DNA from: a virus
Reading direction: 5' to 3' (one strand)
IMG/VR virus record: IMGVR_UViG_3300042384_000211
Location: 32,001-96,000 of that record
DNA length: 64,000 nt
Within the stretch, counting starts at the first letter, position 1; every line of letters begins with the position of its first letter. Made by a program: the position numbers and the translations under genes. The notes beneath the pieces were generated by a model, which saw nothing but the letters and a program-made list of their open reading frames with translations, was not told where the DNA came from and did not search any database. Positions 31,730-41,061 of the stretch are shown here, piece by piece.

Positions 31730-32347
31730 ATGTCAACTATTCCGTTCAGTTATTATCTCTATCATAGACTAACAGGTCTAAAATATTATGGCATTAAACA
31801 TGCTAATGGTTGTAATCCATCTGATCTGTGGACTAAATATTTTTCTTCTTCAATCAGAGTAAAACAATTAATTACAGAATACGGCAAAGATTCGTTTGAT
31901 GTAAAGATACGCAAAACATTTAACTCGTCGCATGACGCATTGATTTGGGAACATAAAGTTTTACGTAGACTCAACGCATCACAAAACCCTACATGGATTA
32001 ATAGACATAACGGTGGTAACAAATTTCGTTCCCCAATATCTCACACTGATAAAACTAAACAATTAATTTCTAAAAAAACTAAAGGAAGAAAATTCAGTGA
32101 TGACCATCGCAAAAAAATTAGCGAGGCATCGTTAACAGACAGAAAACATCGTAAACAAGCAGGATGGAAAATGCCACTAACTGCTGTAGACAACATGTTG
32201 CTGACTCGTCAACGGAAAATAGATTCTGGTGAAATCAATCCATATTCCACAGAAAGAAATGCTAAAATGGCCCTTTCAAAAACAGGAAAAAAACGTAAAT
32301 ATTTGCCCGATGGAACATTTATTATGATAGATCCTAATAACTTATGA
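31730..32347 (+). mobile_element. free-standing GIY-YIG-like homing endonuclease with NUMOD3 repeats
   Basis: YYLYHRLTGLKYYG; HTDKTKQLIS and SDDHRKKIS; antisense to neighbours; late promoter TATAAATA at 31703-31710. Confidence 0.8.
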
Positions 32348-32626
32348 TGACCAATAAGTTTCTGATGCTACTGAACAGTAGTAAGGAGTGTTAACACTTT
32401 GACGAACAGGTTTACCCGACATCAAATTAGTAACATTTTCATACTTTTCAATATTGGCACGGAAGTCACTAATTTCTGCTACAGCAAAATCTTCTTTACG
32501 ATAGCCCATTTTGGCCATACGTGTTAAGAACGCTTTAGCGGCGGCTTCTGTAGCATAGTATTCTTTACCGTATGCTTTAGCTCGTATTGTTTTAGTTGTT
32601 TCTTTGTTGTAGACTACGTATGCCAT
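32342..32626 (-). CDS. conserved early phage protein
   Basis: ends NLMSGK...TPYYCSVASETYWSS; own promoter. Confidence 0.8.
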   Translation of the reverse strand: MAYVVYNKETTKTIRAKAYGKEYYATEAAAKAFLTRMAKMGYRKEDFAVAEISDFRANIEKYENVTNLMSGKPVRQSVNTPYYCSVASETYWSS

Positions 32627-32658
32627 TTGTTCTTCCTTATTAACAGTTTATGTATAGC

Positions 32659-32687
32659 ATTATACAGTCATTTTACCAAAATGTCAA
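32659..32687 (-). promoter_or_regulatory. sigma70-type early promoter (repeat family)
   Basis: TTGACA-N17-TATAAT. Confidence 0.9.
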
Positions 32688-32917
32688 CCAAAATATTTCC
32701 AAAGTAGGCCAGCAAGTGCTGTGGCCATCATAATACCATTAACCACAATCAAGCTAGCTTTGCCCCAACGTATGCTGACTATTAACCAGCATAGACCACC
32801 AAAACATAGTAGGATCGGACCTTGTGGGTAGTAGCCTAGGCTATTGACGGCAGTGCCTAGAATTAGAATAGCAGTACCAATCCATTCTAGCCACTTATTA
32901 ATGCTGTCATTTTCCAT
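32684..32917 (-). CDS. small 3-TM membrane protein
   Basis: three hydrophobic segments. Confidence 0.75.
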   Translation of the reverse strand: MENDSINKWLEWIGTAILILGTAVNSLGYYPQGPILLCFGGLCWLIVSIRWGKASLIVVNGIMMATALAGLLWKYFG

Positions 32918-33099
32918 TAGGCCAATGCCCCGTCTTCAACAAATTCCAATTCCATTAATGCTTCCTCTACTGAGTCAAACCCACAGACATCATAGCACGT
33001 GCGATAGTGTTTAACATAGTAGGGGCCTGCACCCGGACTTGCATTTGTATCGATACCAACTTCACCAATACCTTTAATTTGTTTAATCATTTTATCCAT
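32917..33099 (-). CDS. hypothetical protein
   Basis: start MDKM with AAGGAG RBS. Confidence 0.7.
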   Translation of the reverse strand: MDKMIKQIKGIGEVGIDTNASPGAGPYYVKHYRTCYDVCGFDSVEEALMELEFVEDGALA

Positions 33100-33109
33100 G
33101 CTATTCTCC

Positions 33110-33538
33110 TTACCAAGAACTATTATAAAATACACGTAAGCCTAAGAACAACTGACTACGTGCTTCTCGAATAAACTTCAAGTCATCTTCACGATAGTAA
33201 TCATCTGCAGGATCACCAAAGAAGAACCCACTGGTACCTGGTAGAGCACCATGCTCAATGTCCTCTTCTAACATGTCAATATCTTCCCAGGTCAGTTCAA
33301 GCTCGATACCATTGAACGTTTCGTCGTCGTTGTTATCGCGCGGGCACCCCTTGCTCTGCCAAAGTTCTTCCATCCAACCATGCAAGTTGGGGTGTTTGCG
33401 CCAATAGGCAATTTCAATTGGTTTGGTTACTTTGGCGTTAACGTAGTCACCAGTTTCTGGATCAAAGTCGCCGTCGGCCCAAAACTCTTTTTGTTGCCCT
33501 TCTCTGGCGGCAACGTAAGCATACATGTCTAAGCCCAT
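33110..33538 (-). CDS. conserved phage protein (MGLDMY...YWRKH...GFFFG...YNSSW family)
   Basis: recognisable motif pattern; function unknown. Confidence 0.8.
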   Translation of the reverse strand: MGLDMYAYVAAREGQQKEFWADGDFDPETGDYVNAKVTKPIEIAYWRKHPNLHGWMEELWQSKGCPRDNNDDETFNGIELELTWEDIDMLEEDIEHGALPGTSGFFFGDPADDYYREDDLKFIREARSQLFLGLRVFYNSSW

Positions 33539-33819
33539 TAAGCGGCCTTCCTTTCGTCTTTCATCATGTTAAACATAATGTACTTGGCAACGTTCATATA
33601 TTGACGAGCACGGTTAGCAGTTTCTGGACTTACCCATCCATCTTTATTAAACTCTGGGTCCATGATCTGTTGTGCATCACTTAACATACCAGCAGCAAAC
33701 ATCAACTCTGTACCTGGAAAAGCCTGTGTAGCCACAAGGTGTTTAACAGAACCTTCCGTCATACCGTATGCTTGTATTTCCCAATCTAAATCAGCTTGTG
33801 TTTTAATTGTAGTTGTCAT
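33538..33819 (-). CDS. hypothetical early protein
   Basis: GGAG RBS; first gene after the promoter. Confidence 0.75.
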   Translation of the reverse strand: MTTTIKTQADLDWEIQAYGMTEGSVKHLVATQAFPGTELMFAAGMLSDAQQIMDPEFNKDGWVSPETANRARQYMNVAKYIMFNMMKDERKAA

Positions 33820-33851
33820 ATTTTGCTCCGTGTTGTTAGTTTATGTGTAAC

Positions 33852-33880
33852 ATTATACAGTCATTTAACCAAAATGTCAA
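33852..33880 (-). promoter_or_regulatory. sigma70-type early promoter (repeat family)
   Basis: TTGACA-N17-TATAAT. Confidence 0.9.
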
Positions 33881-33905
33881 CCAAAATTTTTTAATAAATA
33901 CTGTT

Positions 33906-34988
33906 ATGAATAATTCAATACACGTATATGCTGATACTGATGTTGCCGAGTGGCACGTTAATACACTTAATCATAGTCAGATTATAGTTTATAGAGATCT
34001 GGAAGAATTTAAACTAGTATCTGTTGCTGAAAAGAAACATGCAGTATTTCATGCATGTTTTCCTTACTATTCTGACGCTGAAAATGCTATAGATAGAGTA
34101 ATATTAGAATTATTAGATCACTGTATAACGATAACAGTCTTAGTGTTAGAAGTACATACTCCTATTGTTGATTTTATGAATAGATTTCAGCAACCACAGA
34201 TGCGATATATTGTTTGCGGATCAGTTGAAGGAATAGTGACATATCCGTGGATGGGCTGGTTTGCTACTACTAGCACGTTTTATAAGACCAGTAATGTTCT
34301 AGATCGATTGACCCCATATGAACCAAAACCTAAATATTTTGATATACTATTAGGTCAGCCAAAACCACATAGAGATAGAGTATATCATTATATAAAAAAT
34401 AATAATTTAGATAGTCAAGTAACAATGACCTATTTATTAGACCATTGGACTAAATCGATTAAGGCACACGGAGATGATGGGTTCATACTTGACGAGCCCG
34501 GATTAGTTGCGCCCAACGAAGAGTTTAATTGGACTGTTACTACAGTGAACTATTATGGTCAGCCTATGAGCCTAAGTCAGGTTGTACCTATTCAAATTTA
34601 TAATGAAACTGCTTATACTGTAATTGCTGAAACTAATTTAGAAAATCATTATACATTTTTTACTGAAAAAACATGTAAGCCTATACTAGCAGAACGTTTG
34701 TTTATTATGCTAGGTGGGCAATATTATCTACGTAACTTGCGCAGTCTAGGATTTCAAACGTTTGATGGGATCATCGACGAAAGTTATGATCTGGAACCAG
34801 ACGGCAATCAACGTTGGGCTATGGCCATAGAACAAATGAAGTATCTATTCAAACAACCGCAGGCTGATATATTGGCCAAAGTTAAACCTATTACAGAACA
34901 TAACAGACGAGTGATATTAGAAACCGATTGGATGGGCATGTTAGGAGACTCTCTTAGAAATTTTATCACCAGCAACAACCGGCCTTAA
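33906..34988 (+). CDS. putative glycosyltransferase-like protein, paralogue 2
   Basis: VIAET...FFTEKTCKPI...GFQTFDGIIDESYD; start moved to the ATG 5 nt after ATAAATA. Confidence 0.55.
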   Translation: MNNSIHVYADTDVAEWHVNTLNHSQIIVYRDLEEFKLVSVAEKKHAVFHACFPYYSDAENAIDRVILELLDHCITITVLVLEVHTPIVDFMNRFQQPQMRYIVCGSVEGIVTYPWMGWFATTSTFYKTSNVLDRLTPYEPKPKYFDILLGQPKPHRDRVYHYIKNNNLDSQVTMTYLLDHWTKSIKAHGDDGFILDEPGLVAPNEEFNWTVTTVNYYGQPMSLSQVVPIQIYNETAYTVIAETNLENHYTFFTEKTCKPILAERLFIMLGGQYYLRNLRSLGFQTFDGIIDESYDLEPDGNQRWAMAIEQMKYLFKQPQADILAKVKPITEHNRRVILETDWMGMLGDSLRNFITSNNRP

Positions 34989-35011
34989 ATACAGTACAAG
35001 GAGATTTATCA

Positions 35012-35251
35012 ATGATTAAATTTATCAAAAACTTATTTGGCTTTGGATCTGCAGATGCCTACACGCCAAAAGAAACAGTTAGGGAAGCTACGTCACCTAA
35101 GCCGGCTAATAAAAAACGTCGCCCATATCGTGGCAACAAAGTTAAACCAGCATTAGTCACCGAAGGTAAAACTAAAGGTAGTAACAATACAGTTAAACCA
35201 GCACAGGTTGCCAAAGTAAAATCACAAACGCCAGCACCTAAAAAGAAATAG
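35012..35251 (+). CDS. small Lys-rich protein with N-terminal amphipathic helix
   Basis: MIKFIKNLFG; AGGAG RBS. Confidence 0.7.
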   Translation: MIKFIKNLFGFGSADAYTPKETVREATSPKPANKKRRPYRGNKVKPALVTEGKTKGSNNTVKPAQVAKVKSQTPAPKKK

Positions 35252-35263
35252 TATTAGCTCAAC

Positions 35264-35289
35264 AAAAAGCACCTTGCGGTGCTTTTTTT
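35264..35289. terminator. bidirectional terminator
   Basis: AAAAAGCACC-TTGC-GGTGCTTTTTTT. Confidence 0.85.
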
Positions 35290-35518
35290 ACGATGTTAAT
35301 TTGTACCAAATGAACTCTTCATCAGTCATATATTGATTTAATACCACTGGATCTTCTCCAGCTGGTCCGTGGATAAATCTAACGCCGTGATAATATTTCT
35401 TCCACCAAACGCTTACACCACTATCCATCTTAGCAGGCAACCAAGCAAACTTTGTTACCCATTGCCAATTGCTGTCCCACATACTTCCCCAATAATCAGT
35501 GTACCCTGTACCCATCAT
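35288..35518 (-). CDS. Trp-rich hypothetical protein
   Basis: FAWLP..WWKKYY; coupled to uvsE. Confidence 0.65.
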   Translation of the reverse strand: MMGTGYTDYWGSMWDSNWQWVTKFAWLPAKMDSGVSVWWKKYYHGVRFIHGPAGEDPVVLNQYMTDEEFIWYKLTS

Positions 35519-36552
35519 AATATTCCTAAATCAATTGCACGTTGATGTAAACTAAAACTTGCTAGATTTTTACCCTTGCTCTCGCACATGATATCTGCCC
35601 ATGCTAGATGTTCCAATGCCCAGTCGTTAACTGCAGTGTTCCAATAGAAGTCACTGTGTGCTCGCAGTTTGCTTTTCTTGTAGCCCTGTTCTAATAATAA
35701 ATTATAATCAGGTTTTACCTCAACATCATGATCAACGAGATAATCTTCACGACTAATGCTATAATGTACAACAGGACGGACGCCACGCCAAGCATCCAGA
35801 ATGCGTTGGATACGCGAGTCCGTAGCGTTGATATATTCCCCCTCACGAACAAAATGGTGATGGACATCGAGCACAATAGGAATACCATGATCGCTAAGAA
35901 CAAGACAGTCGTCCAGGCCATGCTTCATTTCCTCATTTTCGATAGTTAAGGTATTTCGTGCTTCGACACTTAGTCGGGGGTATACATCGCGTATGCCCTG
36001 TGCGCCACGTCGACCTGCGATGTGTACGTTGCATTTAAAGTCTTGGAATCGTTGACCATAGCCCATCCAACGGATCATGTCCGCATGGTACTCAAATTCT
36101 TCTATACTTCTGTGAACAATGTCGTCATTATCACTTGCAAGTACTGTGAATTGACCAGGGTGAAAAGATAAGCGCACATCAAGCCTACGAGCAAGCTCAC
36201 CCACCTTACCCAGGGCCTGCTCGCAATAACTAATGACATCAGGCTTGCGCCAAAAATAACTCCAATCAGACTGAGTGTATACTGGTAATATATCAGAGCT
36301 GATACGAACCATCCTAAGGTTGCCATTTAATGTTCCAATTCGTTCTATTAACTTACGTGTTGATTCTATGTTACCTACCATTAGGTCCCATAGTTTTTCT
36401 TCGGCAACTTCCTTAGTTTGGCGGTTAAGCCATGCTACTGTTGTACTGCCAGTGTTATACTGTTTAGCATCATCTGTGGGTTTAATACCAAGAACCTGAT
36501 CTGGGCTATCGATCCACTTGCAGGCAAAGCCAATGCGTTTTGTAGTATTCAT
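35515..36552 (-). CDS. uvsE: UV damage repair endonuclease
   Basis: RIGFAC, RISSD, RLSFHPGQF, TIENEE, DVHHH, AHSD, DIMCESK. Confidence 0.93.
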   Translation of the reverse strand: MNTTKRIGFACKWIDSPDQVLGIKPTDDAKQYNTGSTTVAWLNRQTKEVAEEKLWDLMVGNIESTRKLIERIGTLNGNLRMVRISSDILPVYTQSDWSYFWRKPDVISYCEQALGKVGELARRLDVRLSFHPGQFTVLASDNDDIVHRSIEEFEYHADMIRWMGYGQRFQDFKCNVHIAGRRGAQGIRDVYPRLSVEARNTLTIENEEMKHGLDDCLVLSDHGIPIVLDVHHHFVREGEYINATDSRIQRILDAWRGVRPVVHYSISREDYLVDHDVEVKPDYNLLLEQGYKKSKLRAHSDFYWNTAVNDWALEHLAWADIMCESKGKNLASFSLHQRAIDLGIL

Positions 36553-36558
36553 AAAGCT

Positions 36559-36587
36559 ATTATACTACCAAACTATTATTTTGTCAA
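36559..36587 (-). promoter_or_regulatory. sigma70-type promoter giving a likely leaderless uvsE mRNA
   Basis: TTGACA-N17-TATAAT ends 6 nt before the ATG. Confidence 0.75.
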
Positions 36588-36591
36588 GTGA

Positions 36592-37641
36592 TTATTCTAT
36601 AATACCAAACTTGGCCCAGCGATGTCCGCCTAGGCAAACCCATCCTATAGGTGATCCAACGTCGGGAAACTCATTCCATGCTATTTGACCACGGACTCCT
36701 TCGATATTAGGAACTTTCTTAACTGAACTCATCAACGTTTCGCCAACGGTTATACTATTAACTCTAACACCACCGTCGACATCACACACAATATTATCTT
36801 TGCTGTTTACTCCAATTACCAGTTCTTGCCTACGAGGTAATCCTATATATCCACGATCCCGTCCTCTCTTGTTAGCAACAATTTCAACTTCTTCATCCCA
36901 AACTGCCAGCGCAGCACTAGGGTCTAAAGTGTTAACTCCCACACGTCCTTTGGTTACATACAATGTTTCACTGAGTAGATTTTCGCCGGAGGATTGAAAA
37001 TCACGAACAACGCCTAATTTTTGAATATTAGTATCAACGATATGATAGCCAAGTTGATTGCCCTTGACTACTTCTTTGCCGCCTTGCGTAATTTTATCTA
37101 GATCAAGTCCTTCTGTTTGTATGCGGCTGAAGACAGTATCTGTAAATCCTTGGAAGAATTCTGTATTAAGATTATCGCGTACAGTTTTTTCTGTAGTTAT
37201 AACTAATTTTTTAAAAGCAGGTGAATCAGAGGGAATATCACCGTTGATTATTAAATCCCCTTCAACAACTAATTTTCCTTTGATAGTGGCTTCAGGTGCC
37301 CAAAGTGCCCCTTCAAATGCAGTAGCATGATCCATAATGGTCATTTGGACACTTGTGGCAAGATCTTCTATGCCGGTGCTGCCAAACTTTTCAATTATGC
37401 CGCCACTAACTTGATCTCCAGTAAGTTTTAGCCCGCTAAAATTTATGCTAGAATGCAGAATGCTGCGTTCTGGAAATGACTGCAGTTGGATTAGGCTATT
37501 TACCTTAGATTCAACTATCTTATCAATAAGAGGTTTAATTTCAAGTTGACTTAATTGGCGCTGTAAACTTTGTTCTAAATCTGCTTTGAGCGATTCCAAT
37601 AATGCAGCCACGATTGGCTGCAGTTGTTGATTGATATCCAT
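36592..37641 (-). CDS. putative virion/tail-associated protein
   Basis: N-terminal coiled coil, GRVGVNT..P, C-terminal PIGWVC...WAKFG. Confidence 0.5.
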   Translation of the reverse strand: MDINQQLQPIVAALLESLKADLEQSLQRQLSQLEIKPLIDKIVESKVNSLIQLQSFPERSILHSSINFSGLKLTGDQVSGGIIEKFGSTGIEDLATSVQMTIMDHATAFEGALWAPEATIKGKLVVEGDLIINGDIPSDSPAFKKLVITTEKTVRDNLNTEFFQGFTDTVFSRIQTEGLDLDKITQGGKEVVKGNQLGYHIVDTNIQKLGVVRDFQSSGENLLSETLYVTKGRVGVNTLDPSAALAVWDEEVEIVANKRGRDRGYIGLPRRQELVIGVNSKDNIVCDVDGGVRVNSITVGETLMSSVKKVPNIEGVRGQIAWNEFPDVGSPIGWVCLGGHRWAKFGIIE

Positions 37642-37659
37642 ATTATTCTCGAGTGTAAA

Positions 37660-38391
37660 TTAAAAACTAATTGATATTACATGCTCATAATTTTTTCTAA
37701 TGAGACTTTTATACATTAAATTCTTGTGTACTAAAAAATTCTTAGCACCTGCGTCTATGCTAAATTTAGCCATTTGTTTAAAAAACATAGCGCGACGATT
37801 AAACGGGCCGTACATTTTACTAACATTTCCCTGCAGTTCGTAGACTATGGTAGTCCATGCATTTCTGTCATTATAATCATAGTTATGATATTCTAAGAAT
37901 ATCTTATGTTCATTGTGATTGTGTACTACCAACGGTTGACTGAATTCTCGATCTTTGAAATCTTGATTCTTATAATCGCGTAAGGTTGTAACAATAAGAT
38001 CTTTAGCTAAACTTGCTAATAATTCTATAGATTGACGCTGTTCATCTTCAGTTTTAGCAAAGGTAAAATATTCATCACCAGCAACTACCCAACTAAATTG
38101 TTTTTTGTATTGTGCCAAGTCTGCAAAATTTATCAAAGTATATTTGATACCTTGTTTATTAAGATATTCTTTAGTTTCTTCGTTCACTTCTGTAACAAAT
38201 ATTTGTTTGTTCGTAACGCCTAGGATTAATCCACTAAAGCCCACAAATAGAATACTGTTGGAATCGATGTTATAGTGTTGAGATATAGAGCTAATAATTT
38301 CTTGCTTTTTCGCTATAATATCTTGTCGCTTTGGATTGAAATCTAACGCATTAACTGATATATTTGTATAAGTTTCATAACTGTAAGGCAT
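37660..38391 (-). CDS. methyltransferase-like protein (degenerate SAM fold)
   Basis: SILFVG in the motif-I position; weak. Confidence 0.35.
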   Translation of the reverse strand: MPYSYETYTNISVNALDFNPKRQDIIAKKQEIISSISQHYNIDSNSILFVGFSGLILGVTNKQIFVTEVNEETKEYLNKQGIKYTLINFADLAQYKKQFSWVVAGDEYFTFAKTEDEQRQSIELLASLAKDLIVTTLRDYKNQDFKDREFSQPLVVHNHNEHKIFLEYHNYDYNDRNAWTTIVYELQGNVSKMYGPFNRRAMFFKQMAKFSIDAGAKNFLVHKNLMYKSLIRKNYEHVISISF

Positions 38392-38422
38392 ATTATTTCC
38401 ATGTGTTACAGATATTTAGCTG

Positions 38423-39337
38423 TTATTCTCTAATTAAGTCTAAGGTAACACAGTGGAATCCACCGCCAAGTGTTCTAGCATGGCGCATCTGTAAGGGTAT
38501 GGTAGTAAATCCTGCACGCTCTAAATCTTCAATGAGTTTATACTGTTGTCGATCAACAATAACTGTATTAGGATCTACACTTAACATATTCATTCCAATC
38601 CATTTGCTAGCGTAAGGATATTGATAAAAGTCTTGAGCTTCTACATCAGCAACCCATAGCTTAGTCCAACCATCAAATGCACGTGGGCAATTTTGAGGTG
38701 TTACTCTGCTGGCATTTAATGCCACAAAGCCTTCTCGTAAAGGAGTAATAGTGCTGTCAATGTGTACTCCGCTGTAGAAATTGCAGGTCTCAATAGTAAT
38801 GTCTGGTAGTTGCTGTTGTAGCCAATCGGCCGCTGGTTGATTACCACTGTCGCTTAACAAGTACAGCCAAGTGCGGCCTAATCGTGACACATTAGCCGCA
38901 TCCATAACCATGCCCTGCCCGCGTGGCATATGATGTACACTGCCAGCATAGTCTAAGACAAAATCTAATGCTTCAATTTCTTGATCTCTACAAGGATACA
39001 TCATTGCAGGATCAATGACACGGTCACCTGCTATTAGTAATCTATCACGAGGGCAATAGTTATACATACCTTTGCGAGCTACAAAATCTAAGTCATGCGG
39101 GCGATATACAGTTATACCTAGTTTAGTTAATACATCAGCTAGATCCTGTAGATCCTCGTTGGCTTCATCTATGATATGTTGGGGGACTGCACCACTAGGT
39201 ACAGGAGTTTCCTTCCATAGAGTTTTTTCTCCCTCTTTGGCAAACACTGGATCATTTGAGGGCCAGTTAGCATTAGTAGCTGAACCAACTACTACGCTTT
39301 TTAATTTGCCCCATTCGTTATTACTGTTTATTTTCAT
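38423..39337 (-). CDS. amidinotransferase (glycine/inosamine-phosphate type)
   Basis: NEWGKLKSVVVG, CPRD, HIDST, GGGFHC.T.D catalytic motifs. Confidence 0.9.
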   Translation of the reverse strand: MKINSNNEWGKLKSVVVGSATNANWPSNDPVFAKEGEKTLWKETPVPSGAVPQHIIDEANEDLQDLADVLTKLGITVYRPHDLDFVARKGMYNYCPRDRLLIAGDRVIDPAMMYPCRDQEIEALDFVLDYAGSVHHMPRGQGMVMDAANVSRLGRTWLYLLSDSGNQPAADWLQQQLPDITIETCNFYSGVHIDSTITPLREGFVALNASRVTPQNCPRAFDGWTKLWVADVEAQDFYQYPYASKWIGMNMLSVDPNTVIVDRQQYKLIEDLERAGFTTIPLQMRHARTLGGGFHCVTLDLIRE

Positions 39338-39828
39338 ACGTGTCCTGTAACTTGTAGTGTATATCTTGGCGTTAATCCTAAATTGGCTGCCATGTGTGGT
39401 GTATCATAAGGCCAGATAACACAAAATCCTCGAGGCCACTCTACTACAGGGTTACCATCTAATTCTAAGTAGTGTCCACTAGCCCAGGGTTCTAAAAATA
39501 CAACGGCTCTACGAATTGCATGCTCTTGCTCCTGCAGATTGTATACTTCAACATATCTTTTGTAGGTGTCTTGATGAGTGGGCAATACAGTGCCAGTGTC
39601 CATACGATAGTAGCTGGTGCCGATGTCTTTCCATCCTAACGTGATAAAATGTTCTACAAACTTGTGATTCCAACTGGGTTGCTGTTTACGCATATCGCAC
39701 ATAGCACCAGTAAACTTAGGACTGTATCCCTGGGCTAGCCACTGTCGAGTATCGTCAGTATTGTTAAATGGTTCTTGAACGTAGTCTAGCTGTTTATATT
39801 CATCGTCCCAAAACGGATTAATTATCAT
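39334..39828 (-). CDS. 2OG-Fe(II) oxygenase-like protein
   Basis: LPTHQD...PHMAAN...RYTLQ (HxD..H..R). Confidence 0.7.
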   Translation of the reverse strand: MIINPFWDDEYKQLDYVQEPFNNTDDTRQWLAQGYSPKFTGAMCDMRKQQPSWNHKFVEHFITLGWKDIGTSYYRMDTGTVLPTHQDTYKRYVEVYNLQEQEHAIRRAVVFLEPWASGHYLELDGNPVVEWPRGFCVIWPYDTPHMAANLGLTPRYTLQVTGHV

Positions 39829-41059
39829 GTAATCGGGTGTTTCCGTAATGTATAACTTTATAGTTAGAGTTTTCAAATTTACGCCAAGGATCTAAGATCA
39901 CACTCTGCGGGCCCGGCACAAAATATAATTGTTGCACTGTCTGCTCACCTGTGTATCCATAAGTAATTTGTCTGTTATGTGCTAGCAATACTACTGCATC
40001 AGTACCATCATAAATTAAATCTCCTGTTAACGGATCGCTGTAGCTGAACTCTGCACCTAATTCTTTAAGGTAATGTCCGATTAGCAAACTGTAACTACCA
40101 TCTAGATAATCCACGTCGGGCTTGTAGGCTTTTCCGTGTATAACAATCGGCAGACTATGTTCATTACTCAGATTTTTAAGGTACACAGCAAGATTCTCTG
40201 CTTGCTTTTCACGAGCGTGCATGACTGTGTCAAATATGTCGTAGCCCAAATCTAAATTCTCAGCTAGCCAACGCAGGGCAATGTTGTCACGTGGATGGCA
40301 AGGTCCTGCATCACCCATGCCTGCTGTTAGGTACTTTTTACTGACAATACGCATAGTTGCATTTGATAGTGCATCTGTAACAACATCAACATTAATGTTA
40401 CCACTTTTTACTGCAACATCTTGTATCATGTTTACCAGTCCGACTTTGGTACTGATAAATGTATTGTAGAAAATTTTGATAGCTTCTGCTTCGTCCCAAG
40501 TGCCAATAGCGTAGCGCGGATCGTTTTCCATAAGGGGTGCGTAGAAGTCACGCAATAACTGTGCATCACCAGTTAGACTACCATCTTCAGTGCCGACAAT
40601 AATCATTTCTGGGTTGACCATATCCCATTCAACACTGCCCATGGCGATAAGATATGGATTGTAGATAAAACGTGCATTGGTAATATGTTGGCGTAGGTCA
40701 CGACGTGTTGTGCCAGGAAGCACTGTACTAATTAACACCACAAGCTGATCCGGTGTAGCATATTGGTTGATATCTGCCAGCACTTGACGTACGATAGTGT
40801 AATCGAAATCTTTATTAGGCAAATGTGTAATTGGTTGTGACCCATCATAAATTGGGTCGTGCGGTGTTTGTACTGCTACAAACACAATATCTTTGTTTCG
40901 AACTGCTGATTCTAGCGTATCAGATATTGTGATCTTATCACTGACTCGTGGGTAAATATCATAGCCAGTAACGTCATAGTGAGTAGACATTACTTCTGCG
41001 CAGGCTAGCCCGAGTTTACCGATTCCGATGAATCCTACTTTTTTTAATTGAGACGACAT
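39818..41059 (-). CDS. UDP-glucose/GDP-mannose dehydrogenase family protein
   Basis: GFIGIGKLG, AVQTP, STVLPGT, GPCHPRD. Confidence 0.9.
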   Translation of the reverse strand: MSSQLKKVGFIGIGKLGLACAEVMSTHYDVTGYDIYPRVSDKITISDTLESAVRNKDIVFVAVQTPHDPIYDGSQPITHLPNKDFDYTIVRQVLADINQYATPDQLVVLISTVLPGTTRRDLRQHITNARFIYNPYLIAMGSVEWDMVNPEMIIVGTEDGSLTGDAQLLRDFYAPLMENDPRYAIGTWDEAEAIKIFYNTFISTKVGLVNMIQDVAVKSGNINVDVVTDALSNATMRIVSKKYLTAGMGDAGPCHPRDNIALRWLAENLDLGYDIFDTVMHAREKQAENLAVYLKNLSNEHSLPIVIHGKAYKPDVDYLDGSYSLLIGHYLKELGAEFSYSDPLTGDLIYDGTDAVVLLAHNRQITYGYTGEQTVQQLYFVPGPQSVILDPWRKFENSNYKVIHYGNTRLHDN

Positions 41060-41061
41060 TA

